Source: Marsupella aquatica (Eukaryota; Plantae; Marchantiophyta). From it: DNA of 64,000 nucleotides. Within the stretch, counting starts at the first letter, position 1. Each line of letters opens with the position of its first letter. Below are positions 25,420-37,769 of the stretch, piece after piece. Under the pieces are notes generated by a model. It did not search any database, had not been told where the DNA came from, and saw only the letters and a list, made by a program, of their open reading frames with translations. The stretch lies in assembly GCA_973895155.1 (NCBI GenBank), contig OZ316895.1, forward strand, positions 12,895,363 to 12,959,362, given 5' to 3'. The position numbers and the translations under genes are program-made.

Positions 25420-28162
25420 GAGACACTTATGGATATTTAAACCAAAAATCTATATCATGGATTGTTCATGTTGTTTCTTAATTAATATTTCATACACCAT
25501 TAGTGTGGTAGGTATTTTCATTTTGGACTCCTACTTTCAAAAGAGGTCATGCATATAAGTGACATGGGTACTCCCTCCCTTATCCCTCCTCCCTCTTTGA
25601 ACCCAAACTCTCCTTCCTCTTCCAAAAACTCCATAGCTTTTTCTCCTCCATCCCTCTTCGCTAAAGTCTCTCCTATTTTTAGTAAACCCTCTTTGGACTC
25701 CCTTCTTCCTCCGTCCCTCATCCACCTTCCAACTCCCTTCCTCCCTCTTTCACCTTTCACCTCCCTCCCTCCTCCTCCCCCATTCAAACTCTAACCTAGA
25801 TGCACACACAAGTCTAACATAAACATTTGTGAACTATTTGCGAAACTAAACAAATCCCAACCAAATCGCAATTCTGCCATTTAAACCGTTTCTCAATTAT
25901 TCCATACTATACGCTTCACTATTTTGCGATATCCAGACCATCCCACCTTTACCATCCACATCGTTTCGCACATTTGCCATACAAACCCATCGCAAATTGT
26001 TTGAAGCTAACCTTTTCGCAAACATCCTCCAATACTAATTGTTTCGCATCATTAATGTTACCGTGGTTTCGGACTTTTGGAGCGGTCGCGGAGCCTTCGT
26101 AATGTGTTTTGTAATCTCTGTAGTTTCGCAAAATATTGTGATACAATAAAGTTCCCAAAATGTTTGCGATGCAAATCGCATGGAAGACCAAAGTTGCGAT
26201 ACCACAAGTATCGCAAATTGCGATGCGTATTGAGTCATCAACGGTTTGAAGCATCTGGAATCGCAAACGTGTGTCCGGACGCAAATGAGCTTCGCAAAAG
26301 GGCAAAATATGTTGTAGTGAATTCTGGCCTGCTGGGTCCCCCATCAATGGGGTTCACGCGGAATAAACTACAATTCCAAACAAAAAAACACCTTTCCAAC
26401 GTGTATGGTTTATGGATTAACAGATGTCATTTAAATAGAGAGGCTCAAAGCTAGGGTGCTTCTCTTTCAACCACAAAGTACTGTACCCTTAAGGTAGATT
26501 GACCTATGTATTCAATTTAATGTACTTGCCTAGCACAAAAGTAGAGTACCTATAGTGCATATTATTCCTGGGATTATTCCATTTACTTCTCAGAATCATT
26601 GTCTCAATACATTTGAATAGGATAGAATACCTTCTATTTCAAAAACTAATTAAACTAACTAGTATGTGGGTCCAGCTCAATTCTTTTTTGAGTGGATCTT
26701 GCATTCAATAGAGTGTTGTGTATGGGCTAGATCACATTGTCAAAGTGCATTCAAAGGGGTGTTCTACATATGTAGGCTAGATCAGATTGCCAAAGTGCAT
26801 TGAAAGGAGCGTTATAAATCTGTAGTTTTAAATTCATGTGCATTAAATTTAATTTTGGTAAGAATGACATCTAAAGTTCATCTATAATAATAAGAGGATG
26901 CAACAAGAAAAATGATGGCTTGGATTGAATCAATAGTTGTAAATATCTATGATATTATCTTGGGCAACTTAGTTTGAAGATTCAATTTGTTAATACATGC
27001 TAATAAAACAAAATTCTCATCAATGTCCTAATGATCATGGCAAGTGGAAACAAAGACAAAAACCATAAAGTGTAGAATCATCATAGGTGTTGGAGAGAGA
27101 GGTCATATAGACCAACTTTCATGGGACTATGAACACTTGTTTTCTTGCATGATGTGTATTATGTAATCAATTGTACTTTATGATGTTATTTTGTCTTATT
27201 ATTAAATGTAGCTTTCTCTATTATGTAGAGATTATAACTAATAAACTGAACAAAAATAGGTTGGATAGGAGATTTAGTGATGTTGTGTCCAATATTAAGG
27301 GACTAATTTGTTGTGCTTGTGGAGGCTGATTGGAGGTTAAACTCATGACTCTTTTGGTGTGCCTAGGGTGATCATAGTGGGGTGTAACAACATACTTCAG
27401 GCTAGGTGGAAGTATGGTTTACAGGAGACATTCAAGCTTGGATGCGGACATCAAGTGGCAGAGTAATTTTTGTATGGCTCTCATCACGTGACCCAGGTAG
27501 GTTTGTAGCATTGCATGTTTTGTTTAATAATTACACTTTGTATGGATTTTATTAGTTGTGAAGTGGCCCAATGTCCTTTCAATTCAATGGTTGAGCCCCC
27601 CTCTTCACCCTTTCTTGAGATGAACATTTTACTCTTGGTTGCTAGACAAACTTGGGAGAGTTTACGAATTATTTTATAATCAATAGCAAGCTCAACTTTT
27701 TGACAACACTTGAAATACAGGTTTGCCTTCTTTCTCTTCTCTCCTTCTGGTAAGTGTGATTGCTAATATATTTTGTGATAAACCTATTTCAAACATTTGT
27801 TCAATTCCAAGATTTCACCTTAGTCCATTGGTTTGTGATAATTGTTTCTAGATAAAAGAAAGTGAAAAGTTCTAATTTGCAACATCTGATATTCAGATCT
27901 AAACTTAGTGAACTGTTTGACCTGAAAATTGGAGTTACATATTTTACTTGTAAATACTTTTTCAAATCTTGACAACTGAAAAGATGTAAATATTGATACT
28001 CTATCTAAGGAACTTTACTACAAAGAAAGGCATAAGAAGACTTTAGATTGAGAGTTATTTCCTTTTGAAATTTCTTTTCCATATAGAAATAGCAAAAGCA
28101 AGATCAACATTTGATACTACTCTTAACATAACATTGTCTTTACGTTAAAAATTAAGAAGATC

Positions 28163-28445
28163 ACAAGTTAAGGCATCTTGGTGCCCACATCCGGAAGGTT
28201 GGTGTACTTTTTGACCCCAATTATACCTTTAAACTTAATAAGGTTACAAGTTAAGGCATTCTAGTGCACACATCCGCAAGGGTCGGTATACTGTTTGACC
28301 CCAATTGTAACTTTAAAACTAATAAGGTTACAAGTTAAGGCATTCTAGTGCACACATCTGCAAGGGTCTGTGTACTGTTTGACCCCAATTGTAACTTTGA
28401 ATTTGATAAGGTTATGAGTTAAGATATTAAGGTGCACACATCCTT
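28163..28445. repeat. Tandem repeat, unit about 83-84 bp, about 3.4 copies
   Basis: ACAAGTTAAGGCATTCTAGTGCACACATC...TTTGACCCCAATTGTAACTTT...ATAAGGTT recurs at about 28163, 28246 and 28330, with a partial copy at 28414. Confidence 0.85.
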
Positions 28446-29893
28446 AAGTAGGCTTAGTGTAATTGGGATTGGATTAAGACAAAATTGTCATATCAATATA
28501 TTTTTAACTCACAATTTGGAGCTAAGTTTGAGGTCCAACTTTAATACTAGATTTCCCCAGCTTTCCTCTATCCCGTAGAGAATGTTTAGCCCATTTGGTT
28601 GAGTAGAAAAAAAACGAATTTTTTTAGAGATCCATGTTGATTTTGGCTTGAACTTAGTTGACCCACATTACTGGCCCATATTTAATAATTACTCTTTCCC
28701 AGTTTTGAGTGACAATTAGCATAGATTTGACATGCGTTATACTTCTCACACACATTACTATTCTTGCATGGGCTTCCATTCTCGCACACATGGCAATTTT
28801 TACACGAGACTTCAACCCACGTTGCATAACTCTCATCATTGATCAACAAACATCAATAGTTAAGACTAGCTTGTTATCTTATTTTATTACCCAAAGTACT
28901 ATCCAAGTTTTTGTTTAAATTTGGCATCAAAGAATGTGTATCATTCTTACAAATGAACCCAACATTTTCTTCACTGTTGCCACACGAGTGTCTTGAATGG
29001 TCACATGAGTGATACGACACGTTGCGCAATCTCCACCTTTGATAAGTAAAATCCAACGGATAAGAATGAATGGATGACGTGGAATTTTCTCTCAATTTAT
29101 AAATTTGCAAGAGTCTCTAACTGGACCCGTAACAATACTCTAAATAGGGTACAATAGAGTTTATTAAGAATAAGTTGAAACAATTGCATGTCTTAGAACG
29201 GGCCATAGCCTCTATTTCAAAGACTACTTAAACTAATCCATAGAAGTGCCCGAAGTCTTCTAAAAATGGCTTAGAAAGAAGGCAAAGGAAAAGTAAGTGG
29301 AGGACTGGTCACCTTCAAAGGTGAACCTGGCTCACCCAAAAACTCCTGCCCATATTCCATTCATATTGAAAATGAGAGCTAGGGTTACTGGTAGCTTTCA
29401 TATGTGAGCTGTGGTTTTAAAGGGAACAAACAAGGTAGTCGGTTTGATCAATACAATAGTATAAATCACACTGCAAAAGAGGTTCATATGTGCAGCTGTG
29501 GTTTTAATGGAACAAACAAGGTAAACAAGAAGCCTTAAGGGATGAGTCCAAAGCCTTATTTCTCTTTTCAAAATTTTCATGATATTCAAAAATGTGTACC
29601 AAAAATCCACCAAAAATGGTATGTATTTTCCAAACTAGATTCCAGAGAATTTTACCACCAAAATCTAAGCATATCTTATATGATATTCTCACAATTGTAT
29701 AAACCTTGAAATATGCACTTTATAAAAGTAGTCAAAATCAAACTCATCGATTAGAGTTTAAGTCAAACTCAAAGTTTTACAAAATATAACCCAACTTAAG
29801 CCCAAGTGGTTTCAAATGCTACGAGTCCCTCTATTTACCTAGTCTAATCCAAAGGGACCGCTTCCCCTTCCTCGGTTCCGGAAGTCCCTGCTG

Positions 29894-32800
29894 TCAATTT
29901 TGGAACAATTGTGGCATTGTCAACCACGCTAGATCCTCTTCGGCCTGAGGAATGTCTTCCTCGCTCTCCTCATCCGTCTCCCCCTGTCCGTCTTCCTCTT
30001 CAATGTTATCTGCAAGGTTAAGGATCCTCCCTTTCAACACACTGCTCTGTCGCTCGTCAATCTCAATGGCAACGCAATGTCTCCCCATGGCCAAGGAGGA
30101 GGTTGTCCCAGTCCCTGATCTTGAACAAATATCCAAAACCCAGTCTCCAACCTGACTAAAATGACTCACTTCCCAATCTAACAATGCACGTGGTTTCTGA
30201 TAGACATTCATTGCCTTGTTATCCCCATTGTGTTTCAGCTTCTTAGTCACAGCTGCGCATACAACCACATTGTTCCTTGATTCATTTGTGTCAAAATTGA
30301 AGTGCTCCAATGACCGTTTACCATCCTGGCTGTGAAAGCCAATTGTAAAGCACTCAAAGTTGTTGTTCAATCTTGGCCCACCAGCATTCTTCACATTATC
30401 CTTAACCCTGAAAAGTCACAAAAAGTCAAGGAGTCATTTAAACTTAGAAACATGGTTCATGAAATCATGAACAACTAATAGTTGTTTTTTTCAAAAACAA
30501 ATATTTCTTAACACACACAATTCTGGAACCCTCCATTACACTCCGCTTTCAAAACGGTCTTGATGGCCTCATATTGGTCAAGGCTATGGTGAATGATAAT
30601 ACGCCACAACTTCGCAGTAGTAGCCACCTTGAACGATTGGACCATTTTTGTGATCTCCTCAATTCCCCATCCAATAGTGTCCTCATGAAGACATCCAGGC
30701 AATGCAAACCCGTAGGGAATATCCACTAAAGCTAATGTGTAAGCCCGACCCGGAACCACCTCGTGTAATCGCTGAGCATCATGAGTAAAAATATCATAGT
30801 GCACATCACCAAACTCTGGATGCTCAAACGAATTTGGATGAAGTTCCCCCTCTTGGGTTTGCCGACTAGAAGTTTTCATGGATAGCCAATTTTGCGCATG
30901 CACAATATGCGCATTGAATTTGTCCGGGAATGACTTGAGATCTCTGCCTTCCTCATCTCCCTTCTTTTTCCGGGAGGTGGTATCTTTCTACAAAAGGGAA
31001 CCTTACAATTAGAAACAAGGATTCCAAATATTAAATGAATTCAAACAATCATTCGAAGAAAGGTGACAGAATCTTACCCATGTTTGGAAAACAGGTACAA
31101 AATTCTTAAGCACATTGTCTGTGCAATGCTCGGGGTACTTGGTTTTACAACCTGACCAACTCTCGTGTAGACACGTGAGGAAGGCCTTCTGCACCTGCAT
31201 CTGAAATTTGTGTCGAGTAAATTCGTGACCCATTTCCTGTAAAGAGAGTTCTTTAGTAAGAACTCTCTGTAACACTGGGCAAATCATATCAGGATCGTTC
31301 AAGGCCTGCATGTGTCTCCACTCTATTAATTTCATGTCCTCATAAGGCAATTTGGCATCTCCAGACTTAGAGACTTTCTTCTTGCCCTTGTCTCCTTTTT
31401 GACCTTTGATCTCACACATCTCTCACTTGTCACAAATCTGCCTCACAAATGACCACACAGGATCTTGTCGGAATACCAACTGAAATAGGTTATCGTTGGC
31501 ATTAAGAACCTCAGCATCCTTTTGCACACCCCAATCCTTGAGATTGATTTCAGTAGCACACTCTTTCTTGAAATCCTGGTTGGACGACAATCCATTCTCC
31601 ACAAATCTCATGTGAATATAATTTACTCTCTGGATTGTCGTCATCTGTTGTCGAAATTCAGAATCAATATTGTGACTCCACGCCAGGTTTCTTGCCTCTT
31701 GCACACTCAATCCCGCAAATATCCAAGATTGCACTCTTCGAAATGCCTTGTTGTTAGGGAACTGAAGAGCAAGGTCTGCTTTGGCATAGGCTGAATGGTT
31801 GCCCCCAATCACATAATAATGGTAATCAGATTTCCTTGAAAAATCAAAGTCTTGCCTAGTAGCACACTCCTTCGGATCCACCAAGAGGACAAACGGAGTT
31901 GCAAGTGGACTGGCACCTACAGTCTTCATCCGCAAGGTCAATTGGGTCAAGAAATATGGTTGGATGTGTCGGACCTGGTAAATGGGCAAGCCCACAGCCT
32001 TCTCTCTCACTGGAGGGTAAAGTTGACCAATGTCATCGGTCACGGTCTCCTCTTGAACACCACATCTTCCCAGAATCTCCTCCTGGTACAATACCCGTGC
32101 ATCCATTGACATTGATTGAGCCTTTTGCTCCAAATGCGTTGGAATTTTCTCCAAAGTCTTCTTTTTTGACTTTGGAGCACTGGGCTCGGTAGGCTCAGGA
32201 GTCATAGCAGGTCGCTTCTTTGAAGAAGTGCGAGTTCCAGTCGAACCTTGTGCTGACCCACCAGTCAAAGCCGTTCCCTGGGATGATCTGCCAACTTGAG
32301 ATCCCCCTCCAGATGCTGCTGCTTCCCGGAAGGTTGTAGGCGCTACCACGGTCAAAATGTCATCGGGTAAAATGCTAGGCCTGGATCCAGAAGGAACATC
32401 GAAAGCCCCAGATTTGGGTGGACAACTTACCCCCTTCTCTGCCGACCTTTTCCAGAGAATCTCTCTCAATTTTTGGATTGCACTCTTTAAAGTGCTAGCG
32501 TGAAATTCGAACACAAAACCGGAAATCTTTCCCGCGATGTCGTGGTAACGTTCCTCACTCGAAAGAGACTTGACAGTCTCAATGATGCTATCAATGTCCT
32601 CATCGAGATAGCAGGTGGTAGCCGTTCCGGAAAACCTCTCCACATCCACGACAATCAAAGTTGACATTTCCTTCGTTGTGATCAACATGTTCACAACTAC
32701 GTCGCCCCGTCAAAATACATCGATGCGGCCGTAATTGACCCACCCTAATGCCCCCGATGGAAGCCCCTCAAATACACACAACATTAGGTAGGGCTTCTTC

Positions 32801-32904
32801 CATGTTTCCGTCCCTAAGGAAATTGTCCAGGATGAGTTGTGGAAGTCCGTCAAAGGATGGCGCAAAAAGATGTCATCCACTAGCTCTTCCTGCGACATTG
32901 TCAT
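29894..32904 (-). pseudogene. ParB-like domain plus beta-class N4-cytosine/N6-adenine DNA methyltransferase fusion, 3 exons, two in-frame stops
   Basis: One frame from 32904 to 31078 broken only by TGA at 32710 and 31423; YYVIGGNHSAYAK (ParB/Srx-like); intron 30988-31077; exon with LALVDIPYG (motif IV, cf. DPPY); intron about 30408-30511 with a damaged donor; last exon VKDN...YQKPRALL...SQVGDWVLDICSRSGTG...GRHCVAIEID (motifs X, I and II). Confidence 0.85.
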
Positions 32905-33683
32905 GTTTCCGCCTGATCTTCAAACCTGAGAACATACCACAAAATCAGTCCACTTCAACCCCAACCTGCGAGACAAAGTGCCACAGAACCAAAGAATGTG
33001 CCAACAAATGGCTACTAAAGCCGTGTCCTTACGGATCTAACAACGCTCTCGGCCACCCCAGGACTCCTATCATGAATTCATGAAGGGAGTCTCCCTCTCG
33101 CACCGACCTTCATGAATTCATGAAGGGAGTCTCCTCTCTCTTCACATGTACACCTCGGTGATGCAGAAGGGTATTAAAAATGGGGTTTGGAGGGAGGGTG
33201 AAGTGAAGAAATCACCCAAGGTCTAAATTACTACCTAAAACGGGGTCGAAATGAAGCGCAACCACGACAACTCGCGACACGTCGCCAATGAGTGCTGAAA
33301 ATGGCACAAAATTGGACAGCGAGATTGTTTTTCACTCTTTTACAAAGGAAATCCAAATGACATCGAGTGAAAATGAATGGGCTGCCCCATGTTCCTTGGT
33401 TATATATACTAATCACGGATCAGGCACAACTTAGTAAAATTAACCCCAAATCATGATAAATCAATGTTTTTGGGCCAATTATTCATGAATATTTTGGGGT
33501 ATTAATGGGAAAAGCTTGTAAATTTCATGAATATTTGATATTTTTGAAGTTAAGAAGTCCCAACAATCCGTGAAAAACTATAAATAGGCTCGTTTATTCA
33601 TGACTCTTGGTCATTTTTTTGAGGAGATTTGTTAGATTTTACTGATTTTCTGAGTTTCTTGTCAATTTGCACTAGTTTTTCCA

Positions 33684-36600
33684 ATGGCGGCATGTTATGA
33701 ATTAGATGATTATTCAGATGGAGTTTTTGATGATGTTTCATTGCCGGATGGCCCCTGCACAGTGGTTGGCCCAGATATCCCTGGAATAACTACTGTTTTA
33801 GATATGCCACCCCCCACCCCTATGAGCAAGTTAAAAAGTACTCGTTTACGACTTGCAATTAGTGGGAAGAAATCATTGGTCGGTGGTAAGGAGAGGTCAG
33901 GGAGCTCTTCTGACTCCTTGGAGAGTATTGGTCCCCCTGGACGTCAAGTTGTATCTCCTTTGTCACCAACAAAGGACAAATTGGGGAGCAATCTAGAAGG
34001 TTCAATGCCTATTCGGATGTCTGGGAAACGGTCTCATGAATTCATGAAGACTGGATTTGGAAAGACGAAGAAGGCACTAAGTGGGGCAAATGACGGAGAT
34101 TTTTGCAGTCTCCAAAGTGTTCAGCGGCTGAAGCAAATGCCAAAAAGTAAAACCTTTGGTAAGCCAACGTTGGAAACATTTCACAGGGGGATGAGGGAAG
34201 AAACTAGACGACCAGTGTTATTGAAAAGTATTCCAGAAAGGAATTCTAATGTGCGTTCCTCATTTTTACCTCGGAGTCATGGTGTTGGGGCAGGGAGCGG
34301 ATCAAGTCATGGAAACTCAAACAGGGAAACCAACCTGGTGGAGAGGGACCCTAGGAAAATATTGAAAGGGTCCCTACATGGTAATGGAGGGATTTCTGAA
34401 ATACGCCCAGGTATTCCAAGGCTGCATAGAGTGAAGGAAGAGCCTCCATCACCGAAGGCTGCAGGTCTGGAATCTCGGGATGTTCAGAAGAAAATGTTGG
34501 TGACCATTTCATCATCGAATGATAGCAAGTCTTCGGAGAGTGAGGAGGATGATGATGTTCCGGTGGCATCTAGTTGTTACAAACGTACAAGCAACGCCAC
34601 TTTGTGTGAAACAAAGTTGAAAGAGGAGGATATCAAGAAAACAAATAGTAAGTACTATTGTCAGAGTCATTGTCTCCTAAGTCTATCTCCAAAAGAAATT
34701 CGTGAGGCGCGTTCTAAACTTTTGAGGCAGAAATCTCAGGATCGATCTTTATCTTTGCAGTGGCTTATAAAGCGAGACGGAAATGAAGGAGGGAGACAGA
34801 CTATATCTTACACGTTTGGTCAAAAGAGTATTTAATTGTTGGAAAGCTTTCAAGCTTATATTTTGCGTTGGCAATCAGAGATTAAATAGAATTTTGAAAT
34901 TAGACAACCAAGACTTAGGATATTCTAAACCAGTTGGACGCCCTCCATCTGTTAAAAGATTAGTCTTGGTCAGTTGGCTTAGGTTGTTTTTTGAGACACG
35001 CGTGGAAACATTGCCAAATAAAGAAGTTTCACATTTACCAGATAATTATTCAAAGCTAGAGGTATGGAAGATCTACGACTCCAACTATGCCAAGATTGAT
35101 GAATCATCAAAAATATCCTATCGACAATTCTTGAAAGTTTGGGTTCAAGAATTTGGTCATGTGAAGATTCCTCCAGTCAATCGATTCAATGCTTGCGCGG
35201 ATTGCGAGGAGTTCAAATCAATTCGGGACAAAGTTGTCTCGGAGACCAAAAAGAGTAAGTTACTTACAAGTTTGACAAGTTTTTTGTTTCAAGAATATAG
35301 CTTAGCACATGATTTCTATTTTTTTTTAAGAAACTAACAAGTTGTTTTTCCAGGGCGAGGGGAAATTATGTTACAAAAACATAGAGACCAACAATCCAAA
35401 GAACGTGAGAAACTCGCGAAGCATCGTAAGAAATGTTTTTCAAATCCTGATAAATATTTTGGAGTTGTCATTGATGGGATGGATCAGAAGAAGACAAGGT
35501 TGCCTCATTGGCCGCGGCCCCCAAAATCGGTGGACGAAACATCCCGCGAAACATGTTTGATCCAAATGCACGTTGTCGGATGCCTGGTTTTCAATGGTGC
35601 ACTATTTTCAAGAGTGTTTCTTAATTATCCTGTATTGCATAATGATGGAAACTTGACAGTCACAATCCTGCAAAGGGTGTTTCACGAATGGGAAGAAAAG
35701 CCTGGTGGCTTGCCGCCTGTTCTCTATCTTCAACTTGATAATACCAGTAGAGAAAATAAAAATAATTTACTCTTTGCCTATCTTCATATGTTGATTCGAA
35801 GAAAGGTTTTTCGGAAAATCAAACTAGGATTCTTGTTGGTTGGACACACACACGACCAAATAGATCAAATGTTCAGTCGATTTTCTCCCTGGGCCCCCAG
35901 CCTTTGTAAACTAAAGAGGTATACGTGCGTACAACCCCCTCCCTAGTACCCCTTATTATTTTTGGAAGCCTATAAAAATTTCTCTTGTTATTCTTAAAAA
36001 CTTAATTTTGGAGAATAAATCTGTCCCTTTGAGATATTATAATTTCACATTTTACACCATTTATGAAAGCCTTGAAAAGTTATAAATTCATCATGTGCAA
36101 ACGGTTCTAAAACTGACGAGAGTGTTTTGGAAGGGTTTTGGGTACATACATTTTTGTGCTCGTGACCCTTTAACCCCAAACTTCAACTTTGGGGCATTTA
36201 TGAACCACAGGGCAAGGTGGTCAGGGTTCAAAAGCTCCAAAGTCCTAAACTACTATGAATCATAGATGTTGCAAGCATAATTATGTCATATACACATGTT
36301 CCAATAAAGGGTGGCCACAAGGACCAATCCTATTGTGACGCGTGTCACATCCATATTACATCACCTCTTGAAGCATATTAACTTGGGCGACATTTATATA
36401 AGCCTATATTAGTTAGAAAGGGTTCTTTGAATAAAACCATCCCTTGATATTTTTAAGCCAATTATAAAAATTAATCTCAAATCAGATTTTTTGCACCCTT
36501 CATCCGTTCGCACGTCCAGCCCATTATTAATGATGCTGGGGGCCCAGGGGATTTTCTAAATGACTAGCAAGGTTTAAGGCATTCACATACGAAAGCCTAT

Positions 36601-37769
36601 GTGATATTATTTGTGAATCATATCAACCCCAACCAAATATCACTCTTTTAAAGGAAACATATGATTTCCGTCAATATGCCTTCTCAGATCCACCTTTAGT
36701 CATTGAAAGGATTCGAAATGTTACCTTCCACCACCAGTACAAATTTGCATTTGACAAGTTGGAAGATCAAGTTCCAACCCAATGGGGGAAGAAGTTTTCC
36801 ACGGACTCAACTTGGAAACCTGACGGAGGCGTGAAATTTTTGAGGGAAGAGGAGCCAGAAAAGGTGATGGGTTGTGCTCCCGGATTAGCCCTTTTCAAAA
36901 AGGGGGATAAGAACGTTACAAGGACTCAACCAAATATGTCTAGTTCTTCAAGAATGACTTTGAAGGAGATGGATGATTCGTTAAATGAGATTCAAAAGGG
37001 AATACTTGCAGTTGAAACTTTATTCTCAGAAGAGGAAGTGAACTGGTGGAGAATGTTTTTTGAAGAGCAGCGGGAATTGAATAAATCCTTGCTCCTTGAT
37101 CAAAGACCATTTATTTTCCCTTTTCAATGGCCACGTTCCCAAGGGGAGATTGCTGTTGCTGCTGAAGTTCCCAGAGTCCTTGTCAATGAAGAGGAAATTG
37201 AAGAGAGAGTATACGGACCTACCAGAGATATATACGTGGGTTTTTATCGGAATCAAGGAAAGATAGATGCAGAGAAGGAGAATATGGAAGGAGACTTTTC
37301 GGATCTTGAAGTCAACACTTATATTTCTGTTGCTGGAGAAGAATCGGAAACTTTTTGGGTGGCCAAGGTGGAAAGAATTGACCAGCGCGACGAGTTCAAC
37401 ATTCCAAAAATGATTTATGTTTTATGGCATGCTGCAAAACCCGGGTCAGATCCTTGGAAAGCCAAGTACTTACTAGAAGTCTTAAACTACGAAAAGAAGA
37501 AAAGTGGTCGTGGGAAAGGAACTTTGAAACCAATGTGGTTTCACCAAGAGCTTGATTTATCTTCAACGACTGTTTTTGCTTACAACTTCATGTTGACAAA
37601 ATCTGATACATTGTACAAAAAGATAGTAGATCGAATCAAAATCCGATTGACTGAATTTTTGGCAGAAGAGAAAGAGCAAGAACAAGAGAATGGATCAGCT
37701 AGAACCCCGCTAGGAGATAAATCTAGGGATATTTTGTTTCAAGAATTGAGGACTTCTGGATCTGAGTAA
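33684..37769 (+). pseudogene. DUF7869/Sola-like DDE transposase, disrupted by a frameshift (about 34830), a MITE insertion and one stop
   Basis: CWKAFKLIF, CADC...H, intron 35255-35353, IDGMDQKKTRLPH, LYLQLDNTSRENKN, FLLVGHTHDQIDQMFSRFS. Removing the 35887-36557 insertion restores the frame (SK*LARFKAFTYESL...YDFRQY) into ORF 36759-37769. Confidence 0.8.
35887..36549. mobile_element. Non-autonomous TIR element (663 bp) with 8-bp TSD, inserted in the transposase
   Basis: Perfect 15-bp TIR CCCTGGGCCCCCAGC/GCTGGGGGCCCAGGG; TSD GATTTTCT at 35879-35886 and 36550-36557. Confidence 0.93.

Larger units (their letters stand above)
16960..26319. mobile_element. CACTA (EnSpm) DNA transposon, about 9.4 kb
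   Basis: Termini CACTACAACA...(16960) and ...TGTTGTAGTG (26319), each with CCCTTTTGCGAA just inside; dense subterminal TTTGCGAA/TTCGCAA motifs; encodes a TNP2-like transposase and a TnpA-like gene. No clean 3-bp TSD (left TTC, right AAT). Confidence 0.93.

Noticed and set aside
16957-26322. 3-bp TSD for the CACTA element
   Set aside because: The flanks read TTC and AAT and do not match, so no TSD is claimed.
28163-28445. Tandem array as CRISPR
   Set aside because: Units are similar along their full length, so it is an ordinary minisatellite.
29894-32904. Bacterial contamination or prophage as the source of the ParB-MTase
   Set aside because: The gene has spliceosomal-type introns and sits among plant transposons and genes.
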